Below, piece by piece: positions 39,218-47,670 of a DNA stretch of 64,000 nt. The stretch is from NCBI GenBank assembly GCA_030837965.1, contig JAUTXP010000046.1, positions 38,326 to 102,325 of the forward strand, read 5' to 3'. A model generated the notes under the pieces. That model was not told where the DNA came from, searched no databases, and was given only the letters and a program-made list of their open reading frames with translations. This DNA is from Acidimicrobiaceae bacterium. Its GTDB lineage: Bacteria > Actinomycetota > Acidimicrobiia > Acidimicrobiales > JAUTXP01. Position numbers and translations under genes: made by a program. Positions within the stretch are counted from its first letter, which is position 1; every line of letters begins with the position of its first letter.

Positions 39218-39292
39218 GGTGACCGAGGGGACTCGAACCCCCGACCTCCAGGGCCACAACCTGGCGCTCTAACCGACTGAGCTACGGCCACC
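39218..39292 (-). tRNA. tRNA-His (anticodon GTG)
   Basis: An extra G at position -1, anticodon loop TTGTGGC, T-loop TTCGAGT. 75 nt. Confidence 0.9.
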
Positions 39293-39410
39293 AAGCGGCG
39301 GACAGCATTGCACAGTCGAGGCAACCGCCGAACCGGCAGTGTACCGACACCGGCGGACCCGCTCCCCGAGTTCGACCCGTTGTGCGATCAGCGTTCAGCC
39401 AATTGTGCGA

Positions 39411-39641
39411 TCAGCGATCGGCGTCGGCCTCCAGACGACGAGCCACCTGGATCCACCGCAGCCCAGCGACCCGGTCTTCGAGATTGCCCGCCAGGTCAGT
39501 CTGACCTGCATACCGGGCCGCGGCGGCCGCCTCGGCCAGTTCATGCACCAGGGCCTGGGCCGACTCGTCCGCCGCTCGCCGGACATCCCGGTCATAAGCC
39601 ACGACGCCATCTTGCCAGCAGCGCCCGTGCCGTGCGGCCAT
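39411..39641 (-). CDS. Small hypothetical protein (76 aa)
   Basis: ATG at 39641 and an alpha-helical, Ala-rich sequence. The support is weak. Confidence 0.3.
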   Translation of the reverse strand: MAARHGRCWQDGVVAYDRDVRRAADESAQALVHELAEAAAAARYAGQTDLAGNLEDRVAGLRWIQVARRLEADADR

Positions 39642-39690
39642 GCTCCCATGCCCGGTCTGCCGTCGGGCCGGGCGGTACCCTCGCCCCACG

Positions 39691-42600
39691 ATGGAGGAGA
39701 CGCCCGCCGTCACCAGGGAGCGTGTGCGGAAGGCGTTGTGGCGGGACGTGCTCCCGGCCGTCTACGGGCCGACTGCGCCGCTTGCCGTGTCGGCCCATCA
39801 CGTCGGGGGCGAGCCGATTTCTGTGGCCGCGGCCATGCCTGCTTCGTACGAGCCCTTCGAGGTGGGCGGCGAATGGGGCGCAGCGTGGGACACGACGTGG
39901 TTCCGCCTGCACGGGCGCATCCCGGACGACTGGCGCGGCGCCGAGGTGGTGGTGCGAGTCGGGCTCGGTTATCAGGGCATGGTCGGGTTCGGCGCCGAGG
40001 CAATCGTGTGGGAGGACGGTGTGCCCGCGCAGGGCTTGTCGCCGAAGCACTCGACATACCGCATCACGGAGAAGGCCGCTGGCGGAGACGTGGTCGACGT
40101 CTTGTTGGAGGCGGCCGCCAACCCCATCGCCGATCTCGACGCCCGGCCCGCTCCGTCGCTGCGACCGGACTACGGCGGCGCGCCGCGCTTCCGACTGGAC
40201 CGGGCCGAGTTGGCCGTGTGCAACCGCGAAGTCGAGGGACTGGTCTTGGACATGGACGTCCTGTTGGACCTGTACGACCATCTTCCTCACGACGAGCCGA
40301 GGGCCAGTCGCATCCTGCGCTGTCTGGTGCGGGCCCTCAACGTCCTCGACTTCGACAACGTGGCCGACACGTCGGCCGCGGCGCGAGACGTGCTGGTTGA
40401 GGCGATGTCGGTACGCGCTCCATCGAGCGCGCATCGGCTGGCGGCCGTGGGCAACGCCCACATCGACACGGCCTGGCTCTGGCCCTTCCGGGAAACGGTG
40501 CGCAAGTGCGCGCGCACCTTCAGCACAGCGCTGCGCCTCATGGACGAGTATCCCGACTACCGCTTCGCCTGCTCGCAGCCGCAGCAGCTCGCGTGGATGA
40601 AGGAGCAGTACCCCGAGCTGTTCGAGCGCATCAAGGACCGGGTGCGCGAGGGACGCTTCGAGTTGGTGGGCGCCATGTGGGTGGAGGCCGACTGCAACGT
40701 GCCTTCGGGCGAGTCGTTGGTGCGCCAGATCGCGCACGGATGCAGGTTCCTGGAGGACGAGTTCGGGGTCACACCGGGCGAGGTGTGGCTGCCCGACGTG
40801 TTCGGCTACTCGGCCTCACTGCCGCAGATCATGCGCCGGGCCGGGATCACCCGCTTCCTCACGCAGAAGCTGTCGTGGAGCACGGTCAACCGGGTTCCCC
40901 ATCACACGTTCTGGTGGGAGGGGATCGACGGGTCTCGCGTGCTGACCCACTTCCCGCCTGCGGACACGTACAACGGCGACTTCAGCATGGACCAGCTCGA
41001 GCACAACGTGCGCAGCTTCAAGGACCACGACGTGTCGGGGCGGTCGCTCTACCTCTTCGGCTACGGCGACGGCGGCGGTGGCCCCACCCGGGAGCTGTTG
41101 GAGAAGGCGGCGCGCTATCGCGACATCGAGGGCGCGCCGCGCGTCGAGATGTCGAGCGTCGAGGAGTTCTGGGAGGCAGCCCAGGCCGAACTGTTGGCCG
41201 CGGGCGACAGGGCGGGCGTCTGGGTGGGAGAGCTTTACCTGGAGTTCCACCGCGGCACGTACACGACGTCCGCCATGTCCAAGCGCGAGAACCGCTCGCT
41301 CGAATTGCTGTTGCGGGAGGCCGAGCTTTGGTCCGCGGTCCGGCCCGACGGGCTGTCCCACTATCCCAGCGCGGGTTTGGACAAAGCATGGAAGGACGTC
41401 CTGCTGCTTCAGTTTCACGACGTGCTCCCGGGGACCAGCATCGCCTGGGTCTACGACGACAGCCGTTCGATGTACGCGTCGGCGCGAGCCGCGGCCGACT
41501 CGGCCATCAGTGCGGCTGTGCACGCCTTGCTTGACGGCGTCGACACTTCGGGGATGGAGTCGCCGGTGGCCATCCTCAACTCGTCACCGGCGCGTCGGCG
41601 TGAGGTGGTAAGCGTGTTCGGCGAGCCCCACTTGGTCGACGTTCCCGCGCTCGGCTATGTCGTCATCGACGGGGCCCACGCGGGCGGGGCCGACGGCGTC
41701 GTCGTGGGCGATCGCACCTTGGAGAACGAGCATCTGCGGGTGACCTTGGCGGACGACGGCACGCTGTCCTCCGTCTGGGACAAGGACGCAGGCCGGGAGG
41801 TCTTGGCCGCCGCCTCGCAGCCGGCGGACGGTGCCCGCGGCAACCTCTTGCAACTCCACGAGGACCGCCCGCCCAACTGGGACGCGTGGGACATCGACGC
41901 GTCGTACATGGACAAGGCTGATGACCTCGACGCCGTCGAGTCGATCACCGTCGTCGAGGGCGGCGGCCTGGTCGGGTCACTGCGAGTCGCTCGGGCATTC
42001 GGCCGTTCCCGACTGGCCCAAGACGTGGTCTTGCGCGCAGGCTCACGTCGGATCGACTTCGTCACGGAGGTCGACTGGCAGGAGAGTCACAAGCTGTTGA
42101 AGGCGTCGTTCCCTGTCGACGTTCATGCTCGCCGGGCGACGTATGAGATCCAGTACGGACATGTCGAGCGGCCCACGCACCGCAACACGAGTTGGGACTG
42201 GGCCCGGTTCGAGGTGTGCGCACAGAAGTGGGTCGACCTGAGCGAGCCCGGCTACGGCGTTGCGCTGTTGAATGACGGCAAGTACGGACACGACGTGTTC
42301 GGCAACGTCATGCGTCTCTCGCTGCTGCGGGCGTCGTCGTCACCCGCTCCCGACATCGACCGCGGGGTGCACCGGTTCACGTATGCGCTGTTCCCCCACG
42401 TTGGCGACCTCCGCGAGGCGGGGGTGATCGAGGAGGCGTACGCCCTGAACCTGCCGTTGCGGGTGGTGCCGCTGACTGGGCATGGAGGGTCGGCGGGCGC
42501 TGCCTCTGCCCGGTCGTGGGCCCCGTTCGCCGTGTCCGCCCCCGGTGTCTTCGTCGAAGTCGTCAAGCGAGCCGAGCGGACAGACGCTGTCGTTGTGCGG

Positions 42601-42786
42601 CTTTACGAGGCATGGGGCAGGCGCACGCGCGCCAGGCTGTCGACCGTCTTGCCATTTGCAACGGCCGCGGTCACCGATCTGTTGGAGCGCAGCCGCACGC
42701 CGCTGCCCCTTGTCGATGGTGCACTCTCGCTCGACCTGCACCCGTTCGAGATCACGACCCTCGTGTTCGAGCTCACGCCGGAGTAG
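39691..42786 (+). CDS. GH38 alpha-mannosidase
   Basis: 'GNAHIDTAWLWPFRET', 'FACSQPQQLAWM' and 'GAMWVEADCNVPSGESLVRQ' motifs. 1031 aa counted from the ATG at 39691. Confidence 0.9.
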   Translation: MEETPAVTRERVRKALWRDVLPAVYGPTAPLAVSAHHVGGEPISVAAAMPASYEPFEVGGEWGAAWDTTWFRLHGRIPDDWRGAEVVVRVGLGYQGMVGFGAEAIVWEDGVPAQGLSPKHSTYRITEKAAGGDVVDVLLEAAANPIADLDARPAPSLRPDYGGAPRFRLDRAELAVCNREVEGLVLDMDVLLDLYDHLPHDEPRASRILRCLVRALNVLDFDNVADTSAAARDVLVEAMSVRAPSSAHRLAAVGNAHIDTAWLWPFRETVRKCARTFSTALRLMDEYPDYRFACSQPQQLAWMKEQYPELFERIKDRVREGRFELVGAMWVEADCNVPSGESLVRQIAHGCRFLEDEFGVTPGEVWLPDVFGYSASLPQIMRRAGITRFLTQKLSWSTVNRVPHHTFWWEGIDGSRVLTHFPPADTYNGDFSMDQLEHNVRSFKDHDVSGRSLYLFGYGDGGGGPTRELLEKAARYRDIEGAPRVEMSSVEEFWEAAQAELLAAGDRAGVWVGELYLEFHRGTYTTSAMSKRENRSLELLLREAELWSAVRPDGLSHYPSAGLDKAWKDVLLLQFHDVLPGTSIAWVYDDSRSMYASARAAADSAISAAVHALLDGVDTSGMESPVAILNSSPARRREVVSVFGEPHLVDVPALGYVVIDGAHAGGADGVVVGDRTLENEHLRVTLADDGTLSSVWDKDAGREVLAAASQPADGARGNLLQLHEDRPPNWDAWDIDASYMDKADDLDAVESITVVEGGGLVGSLRVARAFGRSRLAQDVVLRAGSRRIDFVTEVDWQESHKLLKASFPVDVHARRATYEIQYGHVERPTHRNTSWDWARFEVCAQKWVDLSEPGYGVALLNDGKYGHDVFGNVMRLSLLRASSSPAPDIDRGVHRFTYALFPHVGDLREAGVIEEAYALNLPLRVVPLTGHGGSAGAASARSWAPFAVSAPGVFVEVVKRAERTDAVVVRLYEAWGRRTRARLSTVLPFATAAVTDLLERSRTPLPLVDGALSLDLHPFEITTLVFELTPE

Positions 42787-44405
42787 AGCGAGGTGGGCCT
42801 GCGCCTACCCTGGATCGTCTTGCCCTGGTAGCTCAGATGGATAGAGCACCGGACTTCTAATCCGATGGTCGCAGGTTCGAGTCCTGCCCAGGGCGCTGTC
42901 TGCGCCAGCGCGCGAACCAGCTTCGGCCCTGTGCTGCCGGTCGGGACGCGGAAGGTCGGGACGATGGGCTGGCGGCTGGTGACCTTGATCTCGGCGATCA
43001 GGGCCTGCATGAGGGCCTTGCGCTCCGGCCACCCGCCCTTGGTCAGCGCGGTGCGGACATGGCTCGTGAGGGCCTTCATGGTCTTGGCATCCGGCACCGC
43101 GAAGTCGCCGTCGCCGTCACGTGCCGCTGCGTCCTCCAGGGCTTGCGCGATTGCCGCTCGTCGGGTGCGGAGGTCTGCCGCCCGCTCGCCCAGGTCGCGG
43201 ATGCGCTTGACGAGCGTGTCCTCCTTGAGCCCGCCGCTCTCGAAGGAGTCCATGTAGCGCTCGATGCCGGCTTCCGTCTTGGCCAGCTCCGTGTCGACGG
43301 CGGTCAGCTCCTTGCGCTGCTGGTCCTTGACCTCCTCGGCCCGCTTGCGGATGGCCTCGATGGCCCGCTCGAACAGGTCCGTGCGCTCGTAGGTCCGAAG
43401 GAGGCTGTCGACCACCTGGCGGTCGAGCTCCTCGCTGGGGACGCGGTCGGTGGCGCAGACCTTGGAGCCGTAGCGGACCTTGGTGCCGCAGGTGTAGTAG
43501 CGGTACTGGTAGCCCGCCCGCCCGTTGGCCACGCCGCCCACGAAGTGCGCCCCGCATTTGGCGCACACTACGAGGCCGCTCAGCAGGTAGGGCGACGAGT
43601 TCGCCCCGAGGCGGCGGGAGTTGTAGGCCCGCTCGCTGCGGATGGCCTGGGCCGCGTCGAAGACGTCCTTGGCCACCAGCGACGGGTGCTTGCCCTGGTG
43701 CCACTGGTCCCGCCAGTTCACCTCGCCGACGTAGACCCGGTTGCGGAGGATGCGGATGACGTTGGTGTAGGTCCACAGTCGCCCCGCCGAGTTCCGGTGC
43801 CCGTTGGCGTTGAGCCAGTCGGCCACGCCGTGCCCGCCCAGGCGGCGCTTCACGTAGAGGTCGAAGATGATCGGGATGAGCGCGGCCTGGTCCTCGTTCA
43901 CCACGAGGTTGCCGTCGTCGCCCCGCACGTAGCCGAACGGCGCGGACCCGACCGGCCACTCGCCGCGTGCCGCCTTGCGCTCCAGCCCTGCCACGATGCG
44001 GTCGACGATGGTGGCCCGCTCGAACTCGGCGAACACGCCGAGCATCTGCACCATCATCCGCCCGGCTGGGGTCGTCGTGTCGAACGGCTCCGTCGCTGAG
44101 CGGAAGGCGACGCCGGCCTTGTCGAGCTCTTCGAGCAGGTGCGCCAGGCCCCGGACTGAGCGGGCGAAGCGGTCGACCCGGTAGACGAGCAAGAGGTCGA
44201 AGCGCTTGGCCTTCGCCTCCCCGATGGCCCGCTGGAGGCCCGGGCGGTCGGTGGTTGCGCCGGACTTCTGGTCGGTGAAGCTCTTCACCAGTTCCCAGTC
44301 CGGCTGGCTGTCGATGTAGGACTGGAGGCGGGTGGCCTGGGCCTCCAGCGAGTACGGCTGGTGCGCCTCGTCCGTCGAGGTGCGGGTGTAGGTGGCGACC
44401 CTCAT
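42603..44405 (-). CDS. Large serine recombinase (resolvase domain + recombinase domain + zinc ribbon + coiled coil)
   Basis: 'VATYTRTSTDE' (catalytic Ser region), 'LLVYRVDRFARS' and 'CAKCG...YYTCG'. SD GGAAGGAG precedes the ATG at 44405. The ORF has no stop before the tRNA, so the last 97 codons or so (42603-42895) are antisense read-through of tRNA-Arg and the GH38 3' end. Confidence 0.85.
   Translation of the reverse strand: MRVATYTRTSTDEAHQPYSLEAQATRLQSYIDSQPDWELVKSFTDQKSGATTDRPGLQRAIGEAKAKRFDLLLVYRVDRFARSVRGLAHLLEELDKAGVAFRSATEPFDTTTPAGRMMVQMLGVFAEFERATIVDRIVAGLERKAARGEWPVGSAPFGYVRGDDGNLVVNEDQAALIPIIFDLYVKRRLGGHGVADWLNANGHRNSAGRLWTYTNVIRILRNRVYVGEVNWRDQWHQGKHPSLVAKDVFDAAQAIRSERAYNSRRLGANSSPYLLSGLVVCAKCGAHFVGGVANGRAGYQYRYYTCGTKVRYGSKVCATDRVPSEELDRQVVDSLLRTYERTDLFERAIEAIRKRAEEVKDQQRKELTAVDTELAKTEAGIERYMDSFESGGLKEDTLVKRIRDLGERAADLRTRRAAIAQALEDAAARDGDGDFAVPDAKTMKALTSHVRTALTKGGWPERKALMQALIAEIKVTSRQPIVPTFRVPTGSTGPKLVRALAQTAPWAGLEPATIGLEVRCSIHLSYQGKTIQGRRRPTSLYSGVSSNTRVVISNGCRSSESAPSTRGSGVRLRSNRSVTAAVANGKTVDSLARVRLPHAS
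42822..42895 (+). tRNA. tRNA-Arg (anticodon TCT)
   Basis: Acceptor GCCCTGG/CCAGGGC, anticodon loop CTTCTAA, T-loop TTCGAGT. 74 nt. Confidence 0.9.
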
Positions 44406-44920
44406 AGGTCGGCTTCTCCTTCCTGGCCGGTCACGGCCTGGTCGTGGTTGTCGTCGGTTGCTGCCGGTGTGCTGTCGCCGGCGTCGGAGGCGCTGGCCGG
44501 TGCGAGCAGCACGGCCAGGGCGATGAGCGCGGCGCGCTCGTTCTCGGGGTCGAGCGGGACGAGCAGCGGGTCGAAGATCTGGACCCGCTTTCACGGCCTG
44601 CCCCCGAGGTTCGGGCGGGGCCGGTCGTGCGGTCGGTGGTTGGGCGGGTGTGCTCCCTTTCACCGGCGTCCTCCGGGTCGCGAAGTGGCACCTATAAACG
44701 GGGTCTCGACCCCGCGAATGTCACAAGGTTTTTCGCGCGGTCGGCTTCTCACGCCCTCTAAACCGCGATTTCGAGGCCCAATGTCACGGGATTCCTCGAA
44801 CCTGCTACCGATGATCTGCATGGCGGCGCTCCATGGGGCGGGGACGGGTCCATCCCGTATATGGCGGCGAAATGCCTGAAAAGTCACAACAAGCCCGCGC
44901 GGTGCTCGAAACTCGGGGGC

Positions 44921-45292
44921 TCAGACGTCGCCGATGAGCTCGGTGTCGTTCCCGTCCACCCGCACGCCCCAGCGGACCTCGCCGCCGGGCTCGCACAGCA
45001 GGACGAACGGCCCGGGCAGCCGCACCTCCGGGTTCCCCCGGTCGGCCACGCCAAGCTCAAGTACGACGTTCCCCTCGGCCGCGAACGACAGCAGCGGCCC
45101 AATGTCCGTGAGCACCAGGCTCACCCGCTCGTGCCCGCCCTCGTCCAGCAGGGCGACGCCGGGGAAGTACCCCTCGGCGTTGCCCTTCAGGTCGCCCATC
45201 ACGACGCGCACCCGCCCAAGCGGGTCTACGACCGCGAACGGTCTCGCCACAACGAGGTCGGCCACATCTTCAAGTTCCGTAAAGTTCTCCAC
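44921..45292 (-). CDS. Hypothetical protein (123 aa)
   Basis: GTG at 45292 has GGAGGA 6 nt upstream. The ORF is coherent and co-oriented downstream of the deaminase. Confidence 0.5.
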   Translation of the reverse strand: MENFTELEDVADLVVARPFAVVDPLGRVRVVMGDLKGNAEGYFPGVALLDEGGHERVSLVLTDIGPLLSFAAEGNVVLELGVADRGNPEVRLPGPFVLLCEPGGEVRWGVRVDGNDTELIGDV

Positions 45293-45444
45293 GTCGGTTC
45301 CTCCAGTTACGAATCGGCCAGGCCGGGGGGTGTTGCTGCACCGCCCCGGCCACTGTCGGTTGTCAACCGGCCACACGACCGGCCCGACGTGGATAGGTCA
45401 CCTCCGCCGCGAACTTCAACAACCAGCGCCGCGTGACCGTCTAG

Positions 45445-45696
45445 TTAGAGCAGTTCAGAGGAGACCACGTGCATCAGCGGAGCCTGACTTGGTTCCCGCA
45501 CGCCGCCGGCTGACCGCGCTGGCAACCCGGTGGGACGCTGGCCTTGTAGCGTGGGTCGACCCCAGTCGACGGCGTCAAGGATCAAGACTTGCGCCGCCGG
45601 ACTCAGAGCGCTTGGCGGGAGGGATCTGAGATATTCCGCCGCGTGCTTTGCGCACTCGTCCAGCCAGCTCGCCTCACGGCGATTCGGCAAGGACAT
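45445..45696 (-). CDS. Hypothetical small protein (83 aa)
   Basis: ATG at 45696 has AGGAG 8 nt upstream. It lies between the deaminase and the 123-aa ORF. Confidence 0.4.
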   Translation of the reverse strand: MSLPNRREASWLDECAKHAAEYLRSLPPSALSPAAQVLILDAVDWGRPTLQGQRPTGLPARSAGGVREPSQAPLMHVVSSELL

Positions 45697-45765
45697 GTTT
45701 GATGCTCCTGGGGACTGGTCGGCCACGATCGAGACGATACGGGGTGGGTGTAACAACAACGCGCA

Positions 45766-47529
45766 TCATGTGGCGGGCTGCCCTTCTCCGCTCGCACGAA
45801 GAGCGTCTCCGCCCGCGTCGGCACTGGCGCCTGCGTCTAGCACTGGAGGCGGGCCTGTCTCGGTGGCGGGGGCACTGCCAACGGCGTCTTCTGGTTCGGC
45901 CCGCGCCGCGATTGGAACGTAGACCGGTTCGATTGCTCCCGACGCAAGACCGTTGAGGACCTGTGAGATCGACGTGACTACCGTCGACTCACGCTCTCGA
46001 ACGCCATTCTCATTCCAGCCAGCCGTCTGCGGCCATGCCTTCATCCGGTCCCACTCGATGATCTGATCGCCAACCCTACGTTCGCCCGCACGAAACGCGG
46101 TCGCATACAGCCGAGGCGCGATGCCGAAGAATTGATGAAAAGGCACGCGTCTACCACTCAATCCAGAGGTCCCGTACAACTCGGGCTCGGTGTCAATGAG
46201 ATCTCGGTACAGGCGGCTCACGAGACTTTTTGGATAGGGCTCGACGTAGTGAACCTCGGTGATCCCGGCGCCAATGATCATCTTGGCGCATTCGTGGCAC
46301 GGGAAGGTCGTCGTATACATCATTGCATCGGTGGTAGCGATGCCAGCCCGAGCAGCATTGACGATCGCCGATTGCTCTGCATGGAGACACCTGGTGAACT
46401 CGATGAGCGCCGACGCCCTAGCGCCTTCGAGGACTGACTCTCCCTCATCAGACGACTCGGTCGCCCTTGCCAGGAGTTGCGGGCCGGTCAGCGAGCGGAG
46501 CTCATCTACGAGCCATCCGCGCCTGGCAAGCCGCTCAAGCATCTCCTGGATCACCCGTTTCGTGTAAACCGGATTTGGATCCGAGCCCACCTGGAAGTCC
46601 CGGTAGTCCGGAACATCGCCACTCCAGTACTGGCCACCGCCAGGCTTCGGAACCTCGTTAGTCCCTACGATCATCGGTGTTCCGATACGCGGGACGATTG
46701 TTGCCCCCACTTGACGGCCAGCCGCTGCCGATCGCAGGCTTGCGTCGAATGCAAGGCGCATCGCTTCTTCAGCTGGCCGGGGCGTGGCAAAGGGAGCGCC
46801 GAACACGGCGTCGATAAAACGATCTACTTCGTGCGCGACGATCAACCCCCTGCCGCTGGGCAAATAGACATCCGCCATCGAGTACACGGCGCGGACGTTC
46901 TGGCCAAAGTCTTGCTCTTCCGAGTCGGATTCATCGCGGGCAATGAGGTTCTCCGCCTCCGAGCGAGGGTTCTCAAAGAGCGAGAGATGGTCCGCCAAGG
47001 CTTGCCGGCGTTCTTCGATGCTGCTCGCAACTGCAACCAACAGAAACGCGTCGCCGTAGACATGCCGCAGAAGGTGTACTTCCGATGGGTTCTTGAGGCT
47101 GCGAAGAACAAAGGCAGATTCCTTGGGTTTCGGTCCGCGCCGCTTGACGATTGCGGTCACAGCCAAGGCTGCGAGGGCTGCGGCGTTGCCTACGGCACCC
47201 CGGAGCTCATCGCCTGCGTTCATCCGTAGGCGGTAGTACTCACGCTCGCCGCGTTTCGGCAGCGTCCCCCACGGCGCAAAGGGAGTCGTATCCAGTAGGT
47301 CCGACAGCCTGACGGACTCGTACCCGTAGCCGAACCGGCGCAGCGAGTCGCGCAGTGCCGTCTCCACGTCGTCGAGCGGAGTCCCGACAGGTGCTACCAG
47401 AGCAAGGATCAGGGGGTGGCGTTCCGGGTCGCGCCTGATGACCTTGCCAAGGGACTCGCGCGCGCGAGTCGCGACGGTCGTTGGGTCGGCCTGTGACTTC
47501 GTCCCCTTCTTGCCCGGTTTTGTCGGCAT
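45766..47529 (-). CDS. Anti-phage dCTP deaminase-type protein (AvcD/DCD-like): N-terminal kinase/NTPase-like domain + C-terminal CMP/dCMP-type zinc deaminase
   Basis: Deaminase zinc motifs 'CLHAEQSAI' (HAE) and 'FPCHECAKMI' (PCxxC). An N-terminal region of about 250 aa carries a degenerate P-loop ('LVAPVGTPLD'). Confidence 0.75.
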   Translation of the reverse strand: MPTKPGKKGTKSQADPTTVATRARESLGKVIRRDPERHPLILALVAPVGTPLDDVETALRDSLRRFGYGYESVRLSDLLDTTPFAPWGTLPKRGEREYYRLRMNAGDELRGAVGNAAALAALAVTAIVKRRGPKPKESAFVLRSLKNPSEVHLLRHVYGDAFLLVAVASSIEERRQALADHLSLFENPRSEAENLIARDESDSEEQDFGQNVRAVYSMADVYLPSGRGLIVAHEVDRFIDAVFGAPFATPRPAEEAMRLAFDASLRSAAAGRQVGATIVPRIGTPMIVGTNEVPKPGGGQYWSGDVPDYRDFQVGSDPNPVYTKRVIQEMLERLARRGWLVDELRSLTGPQLLARATESSDEGESVLEGARASALIEFTRCLHAEQSAIVNAARAGIATTDAMMYTTTFPCHECAKMIIGAGITEVHYVEPYPKSLVSRLYRDLIDTEPELYGTSGLSGRRVPFHQFFGIAPRLYATAFRAGERRVGDQIIEWDRMKAWPQTAGWNENGVRERESTVVTSISQVLNGLASGAIEPVYVPIAARAEPEDAVGSAPATETGPPPVLDAGASADAGGDALRASGEGQPAT

Positions 47530-47597
47530 GGCGTCGCGACAGGATAGAGGTGTGCGCGGCAGCGCTGCGGCGGTGAGGGGGCAATTCCCTCCTCTGT

Positions 47598-47636
47598 TCC
47601 CGCCATGGGCATCCCGCGTCCCGCCATGGGCATCCC
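47598..47636. promoter_or_regulatory. Two perfect 18-bp direct repeats (TCCCGCCATGGGCATCCC), 21-bp period
   Basis: Copies at 47598-47615 and 47619-47636, in the divergent region between the deaminase and the TGT-like gene. Confidence 0.5.
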
Positions 47637-47670
47637 CGCAAATGCGGCAGCCGACGGAGAAAATGATGGG

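Noticed and set aside
38785-39324. A 179-aa minus-strand ORF and neighbours spanning the tRNA-Lys/tRNA-His region
   Set aside because: They run through two tRNA genes and intergenic DNA, giving tRNA-derived 'GFESP/GLEP'-type translation artefacts.
39339-40737. ORFs of 353-430 aa on both strands across the GH38 5' region
   Set aside because: They are out of frame or antisense to the GH38 gene, whose motifs unambiguously define the frame starting at 39691.
42916-42965. The 50-bp similarity (46 of 50 nt) to 52387-52436 read as classical att direct repeats
   Set aside because: The similarity is part of a longer, protein-level homology between an intact recombinase 3' end and a remnant one. Serine recombinases do not generate long direct repeats, so this is treated as gene-remnant homology and not as att core duplication.
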